This document shows positions 1 through 9,845 of a stretch of DNA of 64,000 nt, piece after piece. A program made the position numbers and the translations under genes. The first letter of the stretch is position 1. Each line of letters starts with the position of its first letter. This DNA is from Syntrophales bacterium (lineage in GTDB: Bacteria > Desulfobacterota > Syntrophia > Syntrophales > UBA2210), in NCBI GenBank assembly GCA_963666365.2, contig CAXXNF010000001.1:32001-96000 (forward strand), in the 5' to 3' direction. The notes beneath the pieces were generated by a model that was not told the origin of the DNA, did not search any database, and was given only the letters and a program-made list of their open reading frames with translations.

Positions 1-531
1 CCGACAGGTCTTGATGCCGCATCGGACAAACTTGCGGATCGTATCTTTTATTTGCGTACAATGATATTCATTATCAAGGAGAGGGAAAGGGAGAGTAAAC
101 TACAGGAAGCGGCCAATAAACTGGCGGGAAAATGGTGGAGGCCGATAGTGCAAGCGAAACGCGAGAAGGAACTGCAAGCGGAACGTGAGCAGAAAATGAA
201 AGAACTTGCAGCGAAACTGAATAATGATCTGATGGGGTTGATCTTGCGGGAACACGCACGGGTGCGTCCGGCGGAACTGGAAAAACAAATTCACGATAAC
301 GAGCAGTGGCTCCCAGGCGCGTGGAACGACTTTTTGAAAGGCCTCGCATTGCGGGATCGAATGCTCGCCGATATAGAGGCAAAACGCAAGGCGGGCAAGA
401 AATTGGAACGTGGGGAGCTGCATGAATTGAAAAATGTTATCATCGGTCTCGCAATGCTATTGAGTAATATAGAATCGGCATTGCGCGAGATCGATCAGTC
501 ACGGGCGGAACTGAATGAAATTCGACAATGA
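1..531 (+). CDS. Hypothetical helical/coiled-coil protein, 5'-truncated by window edge
   Basis: Frame +1 is open from base 1 to TGA at 531; E/K/R/L-rich helical composition; no recognised family. Confidence 0.6.
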   Translation, partial: PTGLDAASDKLADRIFYLRTMIFIIKERERESKLQEAANKLAGKWWRPIVQAKREKELQAEREQKMKELAAKLNNDLMGLILREHARVRPAELEKQIHDNEQWLPGAWNDFLKGLALRDRMLADIEAKRKAGKKLERGELHELKNVIIGLAMLLSNIESALREIDQSRAELNEIRQ

Positions 532-619
532 TGTGCACGCCGGGTTTGTTTCCGCCATGCGGGGTACAAGGCCGCTACGAGCATGAAAATCACGATATGT
601 GCATAATGGAGAATGGGAT

Positions 620-1024
620 ATGAAGAAAAAAATCTTACTGCCTTTCCTGACGATACTTCTTCTGGGTGGAGCGTTGATGCTGTCCGTCCAGTCTATTCAC
701 GCAGTTACGATTCACTTCTCCTACGACGACACCGGTCGGCTCGTAAGGGCCGATTACGGCATCGGCAAGAGGATCACTTATACCTACGACGCCAACGGCA
801 ACCTCCTGACAAACGCGATTATCGGCGAGATCGCTCAGGGGGACGTAAATATCGACGGCGAGGTGAATCTTCAGGATGCCCTGGTGACACTGCGTCTTCT
901 CGCAGGCCTTTCCACCCCCGAACAGGATATCGCTGATTATCTGGCCGGCAAGAAGAGCGTGAGCGAAACGATAGGCCTTCCCGAAACCCTCTGGATTCTG
1001 CAGAAAATCGCCGGTCTCCGGTAG
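620..1024 (+). CDS. Secreted YD/RHS-repeat protein with C-terminal dockerin-like Ca-binding motif
   Basis: Signal peptide MKKKILLPFL..; YDDTGRL and YTYDANGNLL YD repeats; GDVNIDGEVNLQDAL dockerin-like motif. Confidence 0.75.
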   Translation: MKKKILLPFLTILLLGGALMLSVQSIHAVTIHFSYDDTGRLVRADYGIGKRITYTYDANGNLLTNAIIGEIAQGDVNIDGEVNLQDALVTLRLLAGLSTPEQDIADYLAGKKSVSETIGLPETLWILQKIAGLR

Positions 1025-1033
1025 CGAAACGGC

Positions 1034-2827
1034 CTAGTGACCCACGATATGCACCTTCGCGCAGGCAATGGCAAGACGCCATGCTGCCCCGTGCAGAGCC
1101 ACAGACCGCCAGTAGACTGCCTTCTCTACCGGCGGTTCACCCACCTTGAGATAGAATCGATATTCGCCTTCGCCCTCATCGGTGAGAGCCATTCTGCGGA
1201 CCAGGGCTACCAGTTCCGGAAAGGGCTGATAGAGAGGATCGGTAATGACATTGAGACCTATCTGTTTCGTATCGACGTCATAGATGACCAGACCGTCCGT
1301 CTGCATCAGAAATATGTCGACAGGCAGATTGGACGCGACAGGCCCGATGATGCCGGACAGGAGATATTCAGGGGCAAAAAGCGTCGCCACAGACCCCCTG
1401 AACTGGTGACTCTGCGAAAATATGGGATGATGAATAACCACAGCCCGGGGTCCTTCGACTGACTGGAATGATCCACTCATCACCGGTGTATGCGTTTTGA
1501 ACAGCCTGATCATATGCGCCTGCCCACTGATGTCGGCGCCCTCGGACGATTTGTGCGCCTGCGGTTCGACCGCCACCATAATTCCCTGATCGTTAACCGT
1601 CTCACAGTCGATAATGTAAGGATTGCCCCGGTAGAGCTTGTTGAGCACGTCCCGTGCGAGAGCACTCTTCAAATCTTTACCGGCCAGCCTCCAGGCGCTG
1701 TGCAGAAGATCGCCGTCCAGCTTTTCGAGAGCCTCCATGATCTCTATTTGCAGCTGCGACAACAGGTCCTGCAGCTCTTCCCGTGAAAACATACGGGTTT
1801 GATTGTTGACGGCGGGAACAACAAGCGTCCCCGCAATAATATTTTTCTGCAACGCCAGAACGATATCGAGCATGTCCTCAGGAATCAGCTCCCGGTTGTT
1901 TCTATTATAGACAAAGCCCACCCCCCCCTCTTTCAGACCGAATGATTTCAGCCCGCCGGAGAATTTGCCCTCTACAAAAGACTTGACGCTCTCGAAGACT
2001 GCCACGTCGACATACTTGACCATGCTGGTCAGCACATACCCGGGCGCCTGCGCGCTTTGATCGGTATCCACGCCGATCGCCAGCCGGTTCATCTCCTTTG
2101 CCGCCTTGAAAAGACCCTCACCGGTACCACCCGATGCGTGATAGATAATATCCGCACCCTGCCGGTACATAGAGGTGGCGATCTCGTATCCTTTTTGCGG
2201 ATCGTTGAAAGCCCGATTGGTTATCCCCGCAAATTGCGACAGCAGTTCCACATCCGGCCGCAGGGCATGCGCCCCTGCCAGATAGCCTGCCTGAAACCTT
2301 CGGATGACGGGAATATCCATGCCGCCTATGAAGCCGATCTTGCCGGCTGCGCTCTTCAGGGCCGCCATGGCGCCCACCAGGTAGGACCCTTCTTCTTCCC
2401 TGAAGATAAGCCCTGCAAGATTGGCGGGCAGCGGTGCCATCCGCTCCCTGTCATCGTATTTCACGCCATAGTCGACACAGACAAACTTTTTGTCGGGGTA
2501 TTGCAGTGCCAATGAATAAAGCTTTTCGGAAAAGGCATAGCCTACGCCGATAACCATCCCCGCATCGGAGGCCGCCGACTCATTTACGGCGCGCTCCAGA
2601 TCCAGATTTCGCTTGTGTTCTATATAGACGGCTGTTACGCCCAGCGAGGCGACGGCTCTTTCCAGTCCACGGTAGGCGGAATCATTAAAGCCTCCGTCGC
2701 CTCTTCCTCCGACATCAAAGAGGAGTGCAACCTTTAAGGATCCTGCATCACGGGCGGGAGTGTCATTCACAGCGATAAAACAGGCCGCACAGGCACAAAA
2801 CACCACCAGTATCTTTATTAGTTTCAT
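1034..2827 (-). CDS. BMP family ABC substrate-binding protein fused to a C-terminal Cache-like domain
   Basis: GGRGDGGFND, FREEEGSYLVG and IGVDTDQ BMP motifs; about 250 extra C-terminal aa with Cache-like GADISGQAHM, FLMQTDGLVIYD and WRLAI. Confidence 0.8.
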   Translation of the reverse strand: MKLIKILVVFCACAACFIAVNDTPARDAGSLKVALLFDVGGRGDGGFNDSAYRGLERAVASLGVTAVYIEHKRNLDLERAVNESAASDAGMVIGVGYAFSEKLYSLALQYPDKKFVCVDYGVKYDDRERMAPLPANLAGLIFREEEGSYLVGAMAALKSAAGKIGFIGGMDIPVIRRFQAGYLAGAHALRPDVELLSQFAGITNRAFNDPQKGYEIATSMYRQGADIIYHASGGTGEGLFKAAKEMNRLAIGVDTDQSAQAPGYVLTSMVKYVDVAVFESVKSFVEGKFSGGLKSFGLKEGGVGFVYNRNNRELIPEDMLDIVLALQKNIIAGTLVVPAVNNQTRMFSREELQDLLSQLQIEIMEALEKLDGDLLHSAWRLAGKDLKSALARDVLNKLYRGNPYIIDCETVNDQGIMVAVEPQAHKSSEGADISGQAHMIRLFKTHTPVMSGSFQSVEGPRAVVIHHPIFSQSHQFRGSVATLFAPEYLLSGIIGPVASNLPVDIFLMQTDGLVIYDVDTKQIGLNVITDPLYQPFPELVALVRRMALTDEGEGEYRFYLKVGEPPVEKAVYWRSVALHGAAWRLAIACAKVHIVGH

Positions 2828-2929
2828 GCTGTCACCGTTCACTCTTCCTCACGACGCAAAGGAGTGTCATGCCCCATTCCGTGGTCTCGTATTTCTTCGC
2901 CGTCTGCACGGCATGCTCTTCCTCTCTTT

Positions 2930-4228
2930 TTATGGATTTCTAAGCTTTTTGGCAAAGCACCCCGGATAAATTTCTGCAAGTTTCTTTTCTTTTATGAAGA
3001 CCAGAGCCTCATCTGCATCAGTGAAAGAGCCGAGCAAGACCAGATGCCACAGAATGCCGGCCTTTGATCTTACGGTGCGCATCTGCGCGTCGAATCCTCT
3101 GTCTTCCGCCCTTTCCAGCATTTCGTAGGCAAATTCCTTAACGCGCATGGCCCCGATTTGAACGACATAGCCGCCCTTCGCTTCCGGTTTCGGAACTATC
3201 TTTTCGGCAGGAGTGTCTGTTCTCGTCTCCCCTGCCCGCGTTGCCCCGTGTGAAACCGGCGTATCAGACTCCCCTGCAGGCGCAGCGATATCCTTTGTTG
3301 CCGACGCTGCTGCAGTAACAGTCTCTTTCACTGTATTTTCTTCAGATTTCACCTGCACGGTCTCTGCTGCATCTTCCGCCTGCGCTTCCCGGTCGCGTTC
3401 GGCCTCACTTGCTTCAGACTGTTTTTCTCCTGCGGCAACCATTTTATCTTCATGCGCAGCAGGCTCTTCGACGGGTACAGGCGGCGATGTTCCTTCCGAC
3501 GAAGACACTTCCTCTTTCGGTTCTGTCTCCGGCGGCGGTATTGAGGGCGCCACTGCCTGTGTCTGCAACTCTTTTGTGATCGACCCCCGACCTTCTTCAG
3601 ACTCCGCTTCTTTCGGCGCCGGGGCTGCCTTCACCGGCACACTGATACGGCCACGATAGGTTGATGTATCGGCAGGCGGCGCGTTTAGCCACTTTTCTCC
3701 CACACGATACTCCTGGTCTCCCGTCAGCCTGTGCGTACGCAGGGCGTAGGTAGTTCCCTGGATTGTTGCGGTTCCATGCTCATAGATAGTCGGCCATACA
3801 AAGTAGGCTGCCGCAATAAGAAGCGCCAGCACCACCGCAAGCACTATCGTCATCCGTGAACTGTGCGGCCGGGCGATTTTTTCCGGTTGCTCATCGAGGG
3901 GCTCATTTCTGCCTTTTTCGGGCGGCGGCCCTGCGATATCCAGCCCCTCTTCAGGGTGCCCCGCCTCTTCAGGAACATCTTCATTCAGGGTCTCCGCTTC
4001 GGGTCCGCCTTCTTCAGGAGATGAATCCTCAGGCGATTGTTCTTCAAAAGGTCTTTCCAAAATGAGTCCGTCCTGCGGATATTCGGGAGCAGCCGCTTCC
4101 TCTGATTCTATCGTTTCTTCAGTGACTGGATCGTTCTCTGCAGCTGAATCCTTTTCTTCACACCTCTTCGCCTCGAAACGTTCCAGTTCAGCGACGATTT
4201 CTTCCATAGACTTGTCTTCATCGCTCAT
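2930..4228 (-). CDS. SPOR domain membrane protein
   Basis: Acidic low-complexity N-terminus, one TM helix, C-terminal YVVQIGAM..WHLVLLGSF SPOR motif. Confidence 0.8.
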   Translation of the reverse strand: MSDEDKSMEEIVAELERFEAKRCEEKDSAAENDPVTEETIESEEAAAPEYPQDGLILERPFEEQSPEDSSPEEGGPEAETLNEDVPEEAGHPEEGLDIAGPPPEKGRNEPLDEQPEKIARPHSSRMTIVLAVVLALLIAAAYFVWPTIYEHGTATIQGTTYALRTHRLTGDQEYRVGEKWLNAPPADTSTYRGRISVPVKAAPAPKEAESEEGRGSITKELQTQAVAPSIPPPETEPKEEVSSSEGTSPPVPVEEPAAHEDKMVAAGEKQSEASEAERDREAQAEDAAETVQVKSEENTVKETVTAAASATKDIAAPAGESDTPVSHGATRAGETRTDTPAEKIVPKPEAKGGYVVQIGAMRVKEFAYEMLERAEDRGFDAQMRTVRSKAGILWHLVLLGSFTDADEALVFIKEKKLAEIYPGCFAKKLRNP

Positions 4229-4272
4229 GGCACACCCCTGAGTAGCAAAGCTACTTAAAGTTTTTAAATATT

Positions 4273-4596
4273 TCAGTTATCTATCTCTTTACCACTGTCA
4301 TCCCGGAATGAAAAATACCAGTTATCGCAGTTGCAGCCGAGAATTTTACAGTCGCCGGGGCAGTATTTTTCTTTACACTGCCTGCGGTAAGTATCCTGGC
4401 TGTGACAGGGTTTGCAGCCCGTCCAGCTCCAGCAGGTACCGTAGGACATAGGCCCCTCAGCCTTAGGCCCGCAGCTTGCATTGGGACAATTCGGCACGGC
4501 CCAACAGGTCCCCACTCGATCTGGACAGTCGGCGCCTGCAACCATGGGCAGACACAGGACTGCGATAACCGTCAAAATCAACATCAGAGTTTTCAT
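4273..4596 (-). CDS. Small secreted Cys-rich protein with CxxCH motif
   Basis: RBS AGGGAGG, signal peptide ending AGA, 12 Cys in mature part, CKPCH. Confidence 0.7.
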   Translation of the reverse strand: MKTLMLILTVIAVLCLPMVAGADCPDRVGTCWAVPNCPNASCGPKAEGPMSYGTCWSWTGCKPCHSQDTYRRQCKEKYCPGDCKILGCNCDNWYFSFRDDSGKEIDN

Positions 4597-4850
4597 ACGA
4601 CGCCTCCCTTATTTGCGTTGCCAAATATGGTAATGGATTTACTGAGCGATTCTATAAAGTTTTCTTAGGATATGCGCCAATACACAGGGATTGTCAAGGA
4701 GAACATGCCGCGGCGATTGCCATTGAACGGTCGGGGAGGGGGATTATCAACCAGTTCTAATGACATTAGTCTCACCACCCCCACATCAAATCTCTTCCCT
4801 CAAGGGAGAGGGTTTTTTTGCGGAACCGTCACTCTTCGCATGGTTTCAAT

Positions 4851-5048
4851 TTACCATGTCTTTTTGATTCCCAGTTTCACATAGAGGGGGCAGTATCCTG
4901 AAATTACGCTGGAAAGAAGCATGCCGGCAATGACGGCGAGCACGGTGCCCGCAATACCAGTTATCCAGCCGGCAATATTGGCCGCGATAAAAAAAACGGC
5001 CACCATAAACCGCACGATCCTGTCGATAGTCCCTACATTTCGTTCCAT
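4851..5048 (-). CDS. DUF2892 (YgaP-like) membrane protein
   Basis: MERNVGTIDRIVR...SGYCPLYVKLGI signature; RBS GGAGG. Confidence 0.85.
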   Translation of the reverse strand: MERNVGTIDRIVRFMVAVFFIAANIAGWITGIAGTVLAVIAGMLLSSVISGYCPLYVKLGIKKTW

Positions 5049-5122
5049 ATACATTCCTCCCTGCAGTTCCCTTTCTCCTGTGGTAATCAAATATCTCTCA
5101 CAGTATCGGGTAAAGGGGCCAT

Positions 5123-5186
5123 CCCTGCCGGCAGCGCCGGTTGCCTCGTCGATAAAGCCCAGACATGCATAGCCCCCCCCTTTTGA
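5123..5186 (+). repeat. Dispersed ~64 bp repeat matching the 3' UTR at 13869-13931 (and more weakly 16424-16450 on -)
   Basis: CCCTGCCGGCAGCGCCGGTTGCCTCGTCGATAAAGCCC vs CCCTGCCGGCGGCGCCGGTTGCCTCGTCGATAAAACCC, both followed by CCCCCCTTTTGA. Confidence 0.85.
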
Positions 5187-5209
5187 CATATGGAGTTTCT
5201 AAACCATCC

Positions 5210-6121
5210 TTACGTGTCCTCAATCGGTTCAACGGGGATCCGATCTTCACAGGGAACGCCGGTCTGGCAAAGCCCGCAGCCCGCATATTGCCCTATGTAT
5301 CCTTCCCCATGCGCACCCTCAATCCAGGGTTTCTGGCTCACGAAAAGCACTTCAAGACATTTTGACTTGTCGTGTCCCTTTTCGCTGATCGCCCCTCCGG
5401 GACAGCGCCGTATGCAGGCGCCGCATGTGCCCGAACTGAAAAAGAGACAGTTCGCGAAAGGACCGGCATAGGGCCGAATGGACGGCGTAAGCTTTATGCC
5501 GGCAACCACGCTCCCGCAGCGCATTGCCATCCCCCGGGGGGTGATGAATCCTTCGTTGAGGCTGAATGTGCCCAGCCCCGCCGCATACGCCATATGCCTC
5601 TGCGACCAGTTGGACGCTATGCCGCCGGAGAACCGGTCGATCTTAAAGGCCGACGTCAGGTCCGGGGCGATTGCGGAAACGCCCCTTTTTTCGAGAAAAC
5701 TCACCAGATGCCGCTCCAGCTCATCTATGAATTCCTGACCCTTCCAGCGCGTGTGATTCCATCTCAGCGAGGGCCCCTCTTCTTCCAGGGCGTTACTGGA
5801 GCTGGTTCCCCGATCTATGGGAAGCACGAAAGAAATGACACTCAACGGCAACGGGCTCGTCAATGCAGTCCGCCCCTCCTCATCATGCAGAGCGAGTGCC
5901 TCCCGCGGCGTGAGATGCTTTTCTGAAACCACTGTCTTGTACTCAGTAAAGATCGGATCGTCACCGTCTGCAAAGCCGACCAGTGGTTCATTAAAAATCT
6001 GCGTATTATCGAATGCTTCGAGACGGTTCATCGGACTGGTTCTTACAAAGTCCCTAATGACGTCCTCTATTGTTCGATTCGTTACCGGATCTGCTGCCGT
6101 TATAGGGTTCACGATTCTCAT
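5210..6121 (-). CDS. Epoxyqueuosine reductase-like (QueG-like) 4Fe-4S protein
   Basis: PLVGFADGDDP, WSQRHMAYAAGLGTF, CGACIRRCP, CGLCQTGVPC. Confidence 0.8.
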   Translation of the reverse strand: MRIVNPITAADPVTNRTIEDVIRDFVRTSPMNRLEAFDNTQIFNEPLVGFADGDDPIFTEYKTVVSEKHLTPREALALHDEEGRTALTSPLPLSVISFVLPIDRGTSSSNALEEEGPSLRWNHTRWKGQEFIDELERHLVSFLEKRGVSAIAPDLTSAFKIDRFSGGIASNWSQRHMAYAAGLGTFSLNEGFITPRGMAMRCGSVVAGIKLTPSIRPYAGPFANCLFFSSGTCGACIRRCPGGAISEKGHDKSKCLEVLFVSQKPWIEGAHGEGYIGQYAGCGLCQTGVPCEDRIPVEPIEDT

Positions 6122-6243
6122 GCATTCCTGCTCCATTATATTCTGTGTAAAAATTCGACCGCTATTTTTATACCAACCGATACAATCTCCTTTACCGACG
6201 TTCCACAGGAATCTTCCCGGCTGCACAGGTGGTCTGTGTCCTT

Positions 6244-6645
6244 TTAGTCAATTTTAATGCCGGCAGGCGTAATTATGATTGTCTTTGGGGACTCATATGA
6301 ATACTGGCTAAACTCAATGTCCCACGTGGCTGGTGCACAAATGTGCGGATCGCCCGTTGTCTGGCCGCACTGCACTGCAACCTTGTATAGTATGGGGCCC
6401 GTACATTCTTCGATGCAGGGGCATTCGACAGCGGTCTGGTCATAACCGGGCAGTGCGAGAAGCGGTGCTTCACTGTAGCATGCGTGTGTGTGTCCGCAAG
6501 TGGCCGTCATTTCGATGGTGCACGTGCAATGGGGGATCTGAAAATAGACAGGAAACATCAAAAACCTTTCTGCGTATACCTTCGCAGTGAATGTTAATGG
6601 TACACACAGGAACATTGCAGCGACGAGGAAGCTGATTGTTTTCAT
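6244..6645 (-). CDS. Secreted Cys-rich hypothetical protein
   Basis: RBS GGAG, signal peptide ending VYA, 9 Cys in mature region. Confidence 0.6.
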   Translation of the reverse strand: MKTISFLVAAMFLCVPLTFTAKVYAERFLMFPVYFQIPHCTCTIEMTATCGHTHACYSEAPLLALPGYDQTAVECPCIEECTGPILYKVAVQCGQTTGDPHICAPATWDIEFSQYSYESPKTIIITPAGIKID

Positions 6646-6691
6646 ATTATTCTCCGTTCTATCAATGAGGGAACCATCAATTACACATCAC

Positions 6692-7435
6692 TCAACCATT
6701 TATTTTTTTAACATCATCCTCTGACTCGCCAACAGTAATTTCCGGATATAATTTTTTTGCACAGTCCGGGCAAATTCCGTGGCTGAATTCAGCCCCCGAA
6801 TGAGCTTTAATGTACCCTTCTATCTGCTCCCAGTACCCTTCATCATTACGTATTTTTTTACAGGAAGCACAGATAGGAAGCAATCCGCTCAGCTGTTTGA
6901 CTTCTGAAACTGCTTTCTGCAGCTTTTTGATAAGTGTTTCTCTTTCCTCCTCCATTTTTTTGCGTTCGGTGATGTCCCTGGAAATAGCGCGGAAACCGAT
7001 TGGAGTTCCTTCAGCATTTTTCATAAGCGTCACTGACGTTTCGTAGAATACCTTCGTGCCGTCTTTTCTACTCGCCTCAACTTCCAGTGATTCTATAGGT
7101 TTTCCTGTTTGGTAGAGACCTGTGTACGCCTGGACTAATTTCTTGAAGTTTTCCTCTGACGGAGAATGCTTCCGGGCATTCATCCCGATCAGTTCTTCTC
7201 TGGCATATCCGAGGAATCTACAGTTTGCGTCGTTGACAAAAGTATAATTGCCGGCAAGGTCAAGCTCGAAATAGCCCTCCTGAATACTTTCCAGGATATT
7301 GCGGTATCTCTGTTCACTCCTGCGCAGCGCCTCCTCTGTCTGAGTCTCGTACCTTAATGCTTCTTCGAGCTCTCTGATTCTTTTTTCCAACTCTTCGTAA
7401 GTAGGCTTTACGTCCATCGGTACGTACTCCTCCAT
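6692..7435 (-). CDS. PAS domain protein with C-terminal Zn-binding-type motif
   Basis: PAS/PAC (RDITERK) followed by GLLPICASCKKIR..SHGICPDC. Confidence 0.85.
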   Translation of the reverse strand: MEEYVPMDVKPTYEELEKRIRELEEALRYETQTEEALRRSEQRYRNILESIQEGYFELDLAGNYTFVNDANCRFLGYAREELIGMNARKHSPSEENFKKLVQAYTGLYQTGKPIESLEVEASRKDGTKVFYETSVTLMKNAEGTPIGFRAISRDITERKKMEEERETLIKKLQKAVSEVKQLSGLLPICASCKKIRNDEGYWEQIEGYIKAHSGAEFSHGICPDCAKKLYPEITVGESEDDVKKING

Positions 7436-7739
7436 TTGCGCGGGCAGAATTCAAATCATTCATTTTTTCACAATGCAATGACCGGATGAAGGGCGCCTCC
7501 CTACGACCGTAACCGGCCGGTCATCAGCCCCGGTTCGCTCGCTGTCGTTTCTTCCCCACAAGACATTCCGCATTCGCCAACGCATGGCAGTAAATAAGAA
7601 AAACCATACGATGGTCGAAATGAGTAGCTCCTTTCAGAGGTTTTGTCAATAATTTTTAAGAATATTAAATATTTCAACCGGTAATGACTTGACAATCACA
7701 GAGAGACACAGGAAGCGGCGAAAGCCCTTTTACACTACG

Positions 7740-8648
7740 TTACGTCTTTCGATTCGACAGCCAATCCAGCCACATAATATAGGCAATCAAAAAGACGCTG
7801 TAAATGGCAGACGGCAGCGCCGCCTCTTGTTCGAACAGGGCTATGGCCAATCCTCCGGCAATCCCCTGGTTTTTCAAAGTGCCCAGAAGGATGAGACCGG
7901 GCCACTTGCGTTCCTCAATGCCCACCAGTTGCGCTCCTTTCCGGATCACAGCTCCCATCACAAAGGTCGCGCAAAAGATAATCGCGACGACGGGTCCCAG
8001 GATATGAGGCTGCCCGAAGATCAAATCCCGGTTTACCGCGACCATTGAATACAGAACAATAAAAAAACTCCAGTCGGTTATGCCTCCCCGGGCGGAGGCG
8101 AGACGATGGTGAAGATTAAAGTGTAACATCGTTCTGGAGGCGACAAGCGGCAGGATAATGAGCAGGATCAGAATATAAAGCAACTTCAAAGGATCGGCAA
8201 GCTCCGTCCCGATAAACACCCCCATGATAGCCGGCGTGACAACCAGCGCGGCAAGATAGGACGCCACCGTACCTGACAAAGTAAAGGCGACATTTCCCCT
8301 CAAGATGGCGGTAAAGGGGATGACTGCAACGGCCGGAGGAGCGGCGGCAATCAGGACGAATCCGATCCATAGGTTTCGGTCATTGAGAAAAATCGCGGCA
8401 GACGCAAGAAGAAATCCTCCCAGGAGGACATAGGTTGCCACAATTCCGGCAACAAAGGGGACGATATGCGTTCGGAGGTCTTGAAAATAATTGTTCGGAA
8501 CACTCAGCGTCGCCATCGTCATGGCAACGGCCAATGCCGGCATCATGAGATAGCGAGTCACTTCCGAAGGACCGGGGAACGCAAAAGCTCCCACAATGGC
8601 CAGAATAAATATGAAATTCCGATTATTCAGAAGATGAATTCCGGGCAA
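7740..8648 (-). CDS. Bile acid:sodium symporter family (PanT-like) membrane protein
   Basis: Multi-TM; AAAPPAVAVIPFT and GTLKN motifs. Confidence 0.7.
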   Translation of the reverse strand: MPGIHLLNNRNFIFILAIVGAFAFPGPSEVTRYLMMPALAVAMTMATLSVPNNYFQDLRTHIVPFVAGIVATYVLLGGFLLASAAIFLNDRNLWIGFVLIAAAPPAVAVIPFTAILRGNVAFTLSGTVASYLAALVVTPAIMGVFIGTELADPLKLLYILILLIILPLVASRTMLHFNLHHRLASARGGITDWSFFIVLYSMVAVNRDLIFGQPHILGPVVAIIFCATFVMGAVIRKGAQLVGIEERKWPGLILLGTLKNQGIAGGLAIALFEQEAALPSAIYSVFLIAYIMWLDWLSNRKT

Positions 8649-9081
8649 AGTCCCTCCAATTCATAACGGCCTATAGAATTGATAAAAATTGTTTTAATTA
8701 GAAGTATATGGGGAGAAAAGGGGACCTGTCAAGAGATATCAGCCGATATACACTGCCGGGACTACTTCAGAGGTTCCGGGTACCGGCTGGTGTATGAGGT
8801 TTTATCAATGCTATTGATCGCTACGAGCTGAACGCTTCCTGCTCAAGCGACGACTGATCCATTGATCACTATGACAGGGAAACCCATAAATGGGAAAGCG
8901 CCCGACCATCAGGCATCTTCTGTTCCCATAGGGCGTTTGGATAGTTGTTGACGCTTCACGCTGGATGTGTAAGTATTGCGGTTTACAAAATACTCACAAA
9001 AGGGCTGCCATATTCAAGCCCTCTGATACGCTGCGGGATAGCAGTGATAATAACTGGCCAGTGCCAGTAAGGGAAGAAACT

Positions 9082-9426
9082 ATGCCTCTGCCCGAATTCA
9101 CAAGAAAACTCATAGAAACAAAGCTTGAAGAATACTGTACCGGGAAGATCCCGGAACATGCTCGGAATCAGGTCCAGCTCATTTATAAAATTGCAGGGAA
9201 CAAGGCAACCCTTATTGAGACCAGGCCCTATTTTCGCGATCCTAACACATGGACAGAGACACCTCTGGCACAATTCCGGTTTGATACTGAAACCAAGAAA
9301 TGGGCGCTCTATTACATGGATCGGAACTCGCGGTGGCAGCCCTATGACCTGGCGGAAGAAAGTGCCGACTTTGAGAAGTTGCTTGAAGGACTGGACAAGG
9401 ATCGGACTGGGATATTCTGGGGATGA
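9082..9426 (+). CDS. DUF3024 family protein
   Basis: PLAQFRF..WALYYMDRNSRW..DRTGIFWG signature. Confidence 0.85.
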   Translation: MPLPEFTRKLIETKLEEYCTGKIPEHARNQVQLIYKIAGNKATLIETRPYFRDPNTWTETPLAQFRFDTETKKWALYYMDRNSRWQPYDLAEESADFEKLLEGLDKDRTGIFWG

Positions 9427-9567
9427 CGGGAAGATTGACATTCTGGGTGTGTTGTTTGAAAAACTGGACACATATTTGACCTCTTATGAACCGGTTCATG
9501 ATAGCGTATTGAAAACTGATATGCATCAACAGGATATGTACTGCTGAATCTTAAATCGAATCCGCAT

Positions 9568-9810
9568 ATGGCTATTCACAGAATACCCCTGGACAGACTC
9601 AGCCCTGAAGCGCTGGAAGGCGTCATCAGGGAATGTATCTCCCGATACGGAACCGATTACGGCGAGATCGAGCTGTCCTGGGACGCAAAGTGCACTCAGG
9701 TGAAATCCAGGCTTGGAAGTGGACTGGCCGTTCTTCTCTATGACGACGATACCGAAACCATAACCATTGTGCCGGCAACTGATCCGACTCTAAAAAACTT
9801 GACCCTGTGA
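9568..9810 (+). CDS. YheU (UPF0270) family protein
   Basis: IPLDRLSPEALEGVI..RYGTDYGE signature. Confidence 0.8.
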   Translation: MAIHRIPLDRLSPEALEGVIRECISRYGTDYGEIELSWDAKCTQVKSRLGSGLAVLLYDDDTETITIVPATDPTLKNLTL

Positions 9811-9845
9811 CCGAATCGCTGTCCGATCCACATTGAGGAAGCCAG

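Noticed and set aside
4725..4820. REP-like palindrome/terminator CTCTTCCCTCAAGGGAGAGGG
   Set aside because: Degenerate, and orientation and function cannot be assigned from this window.
7490..7600. Possible fluoride or c-di-GMP riboswitch upstream of the PAS gene (GCTGATGAC on -)
   Set aside because: The 5' consensus and pseudoknot pairing do not match; an Rfam scan would be needed.
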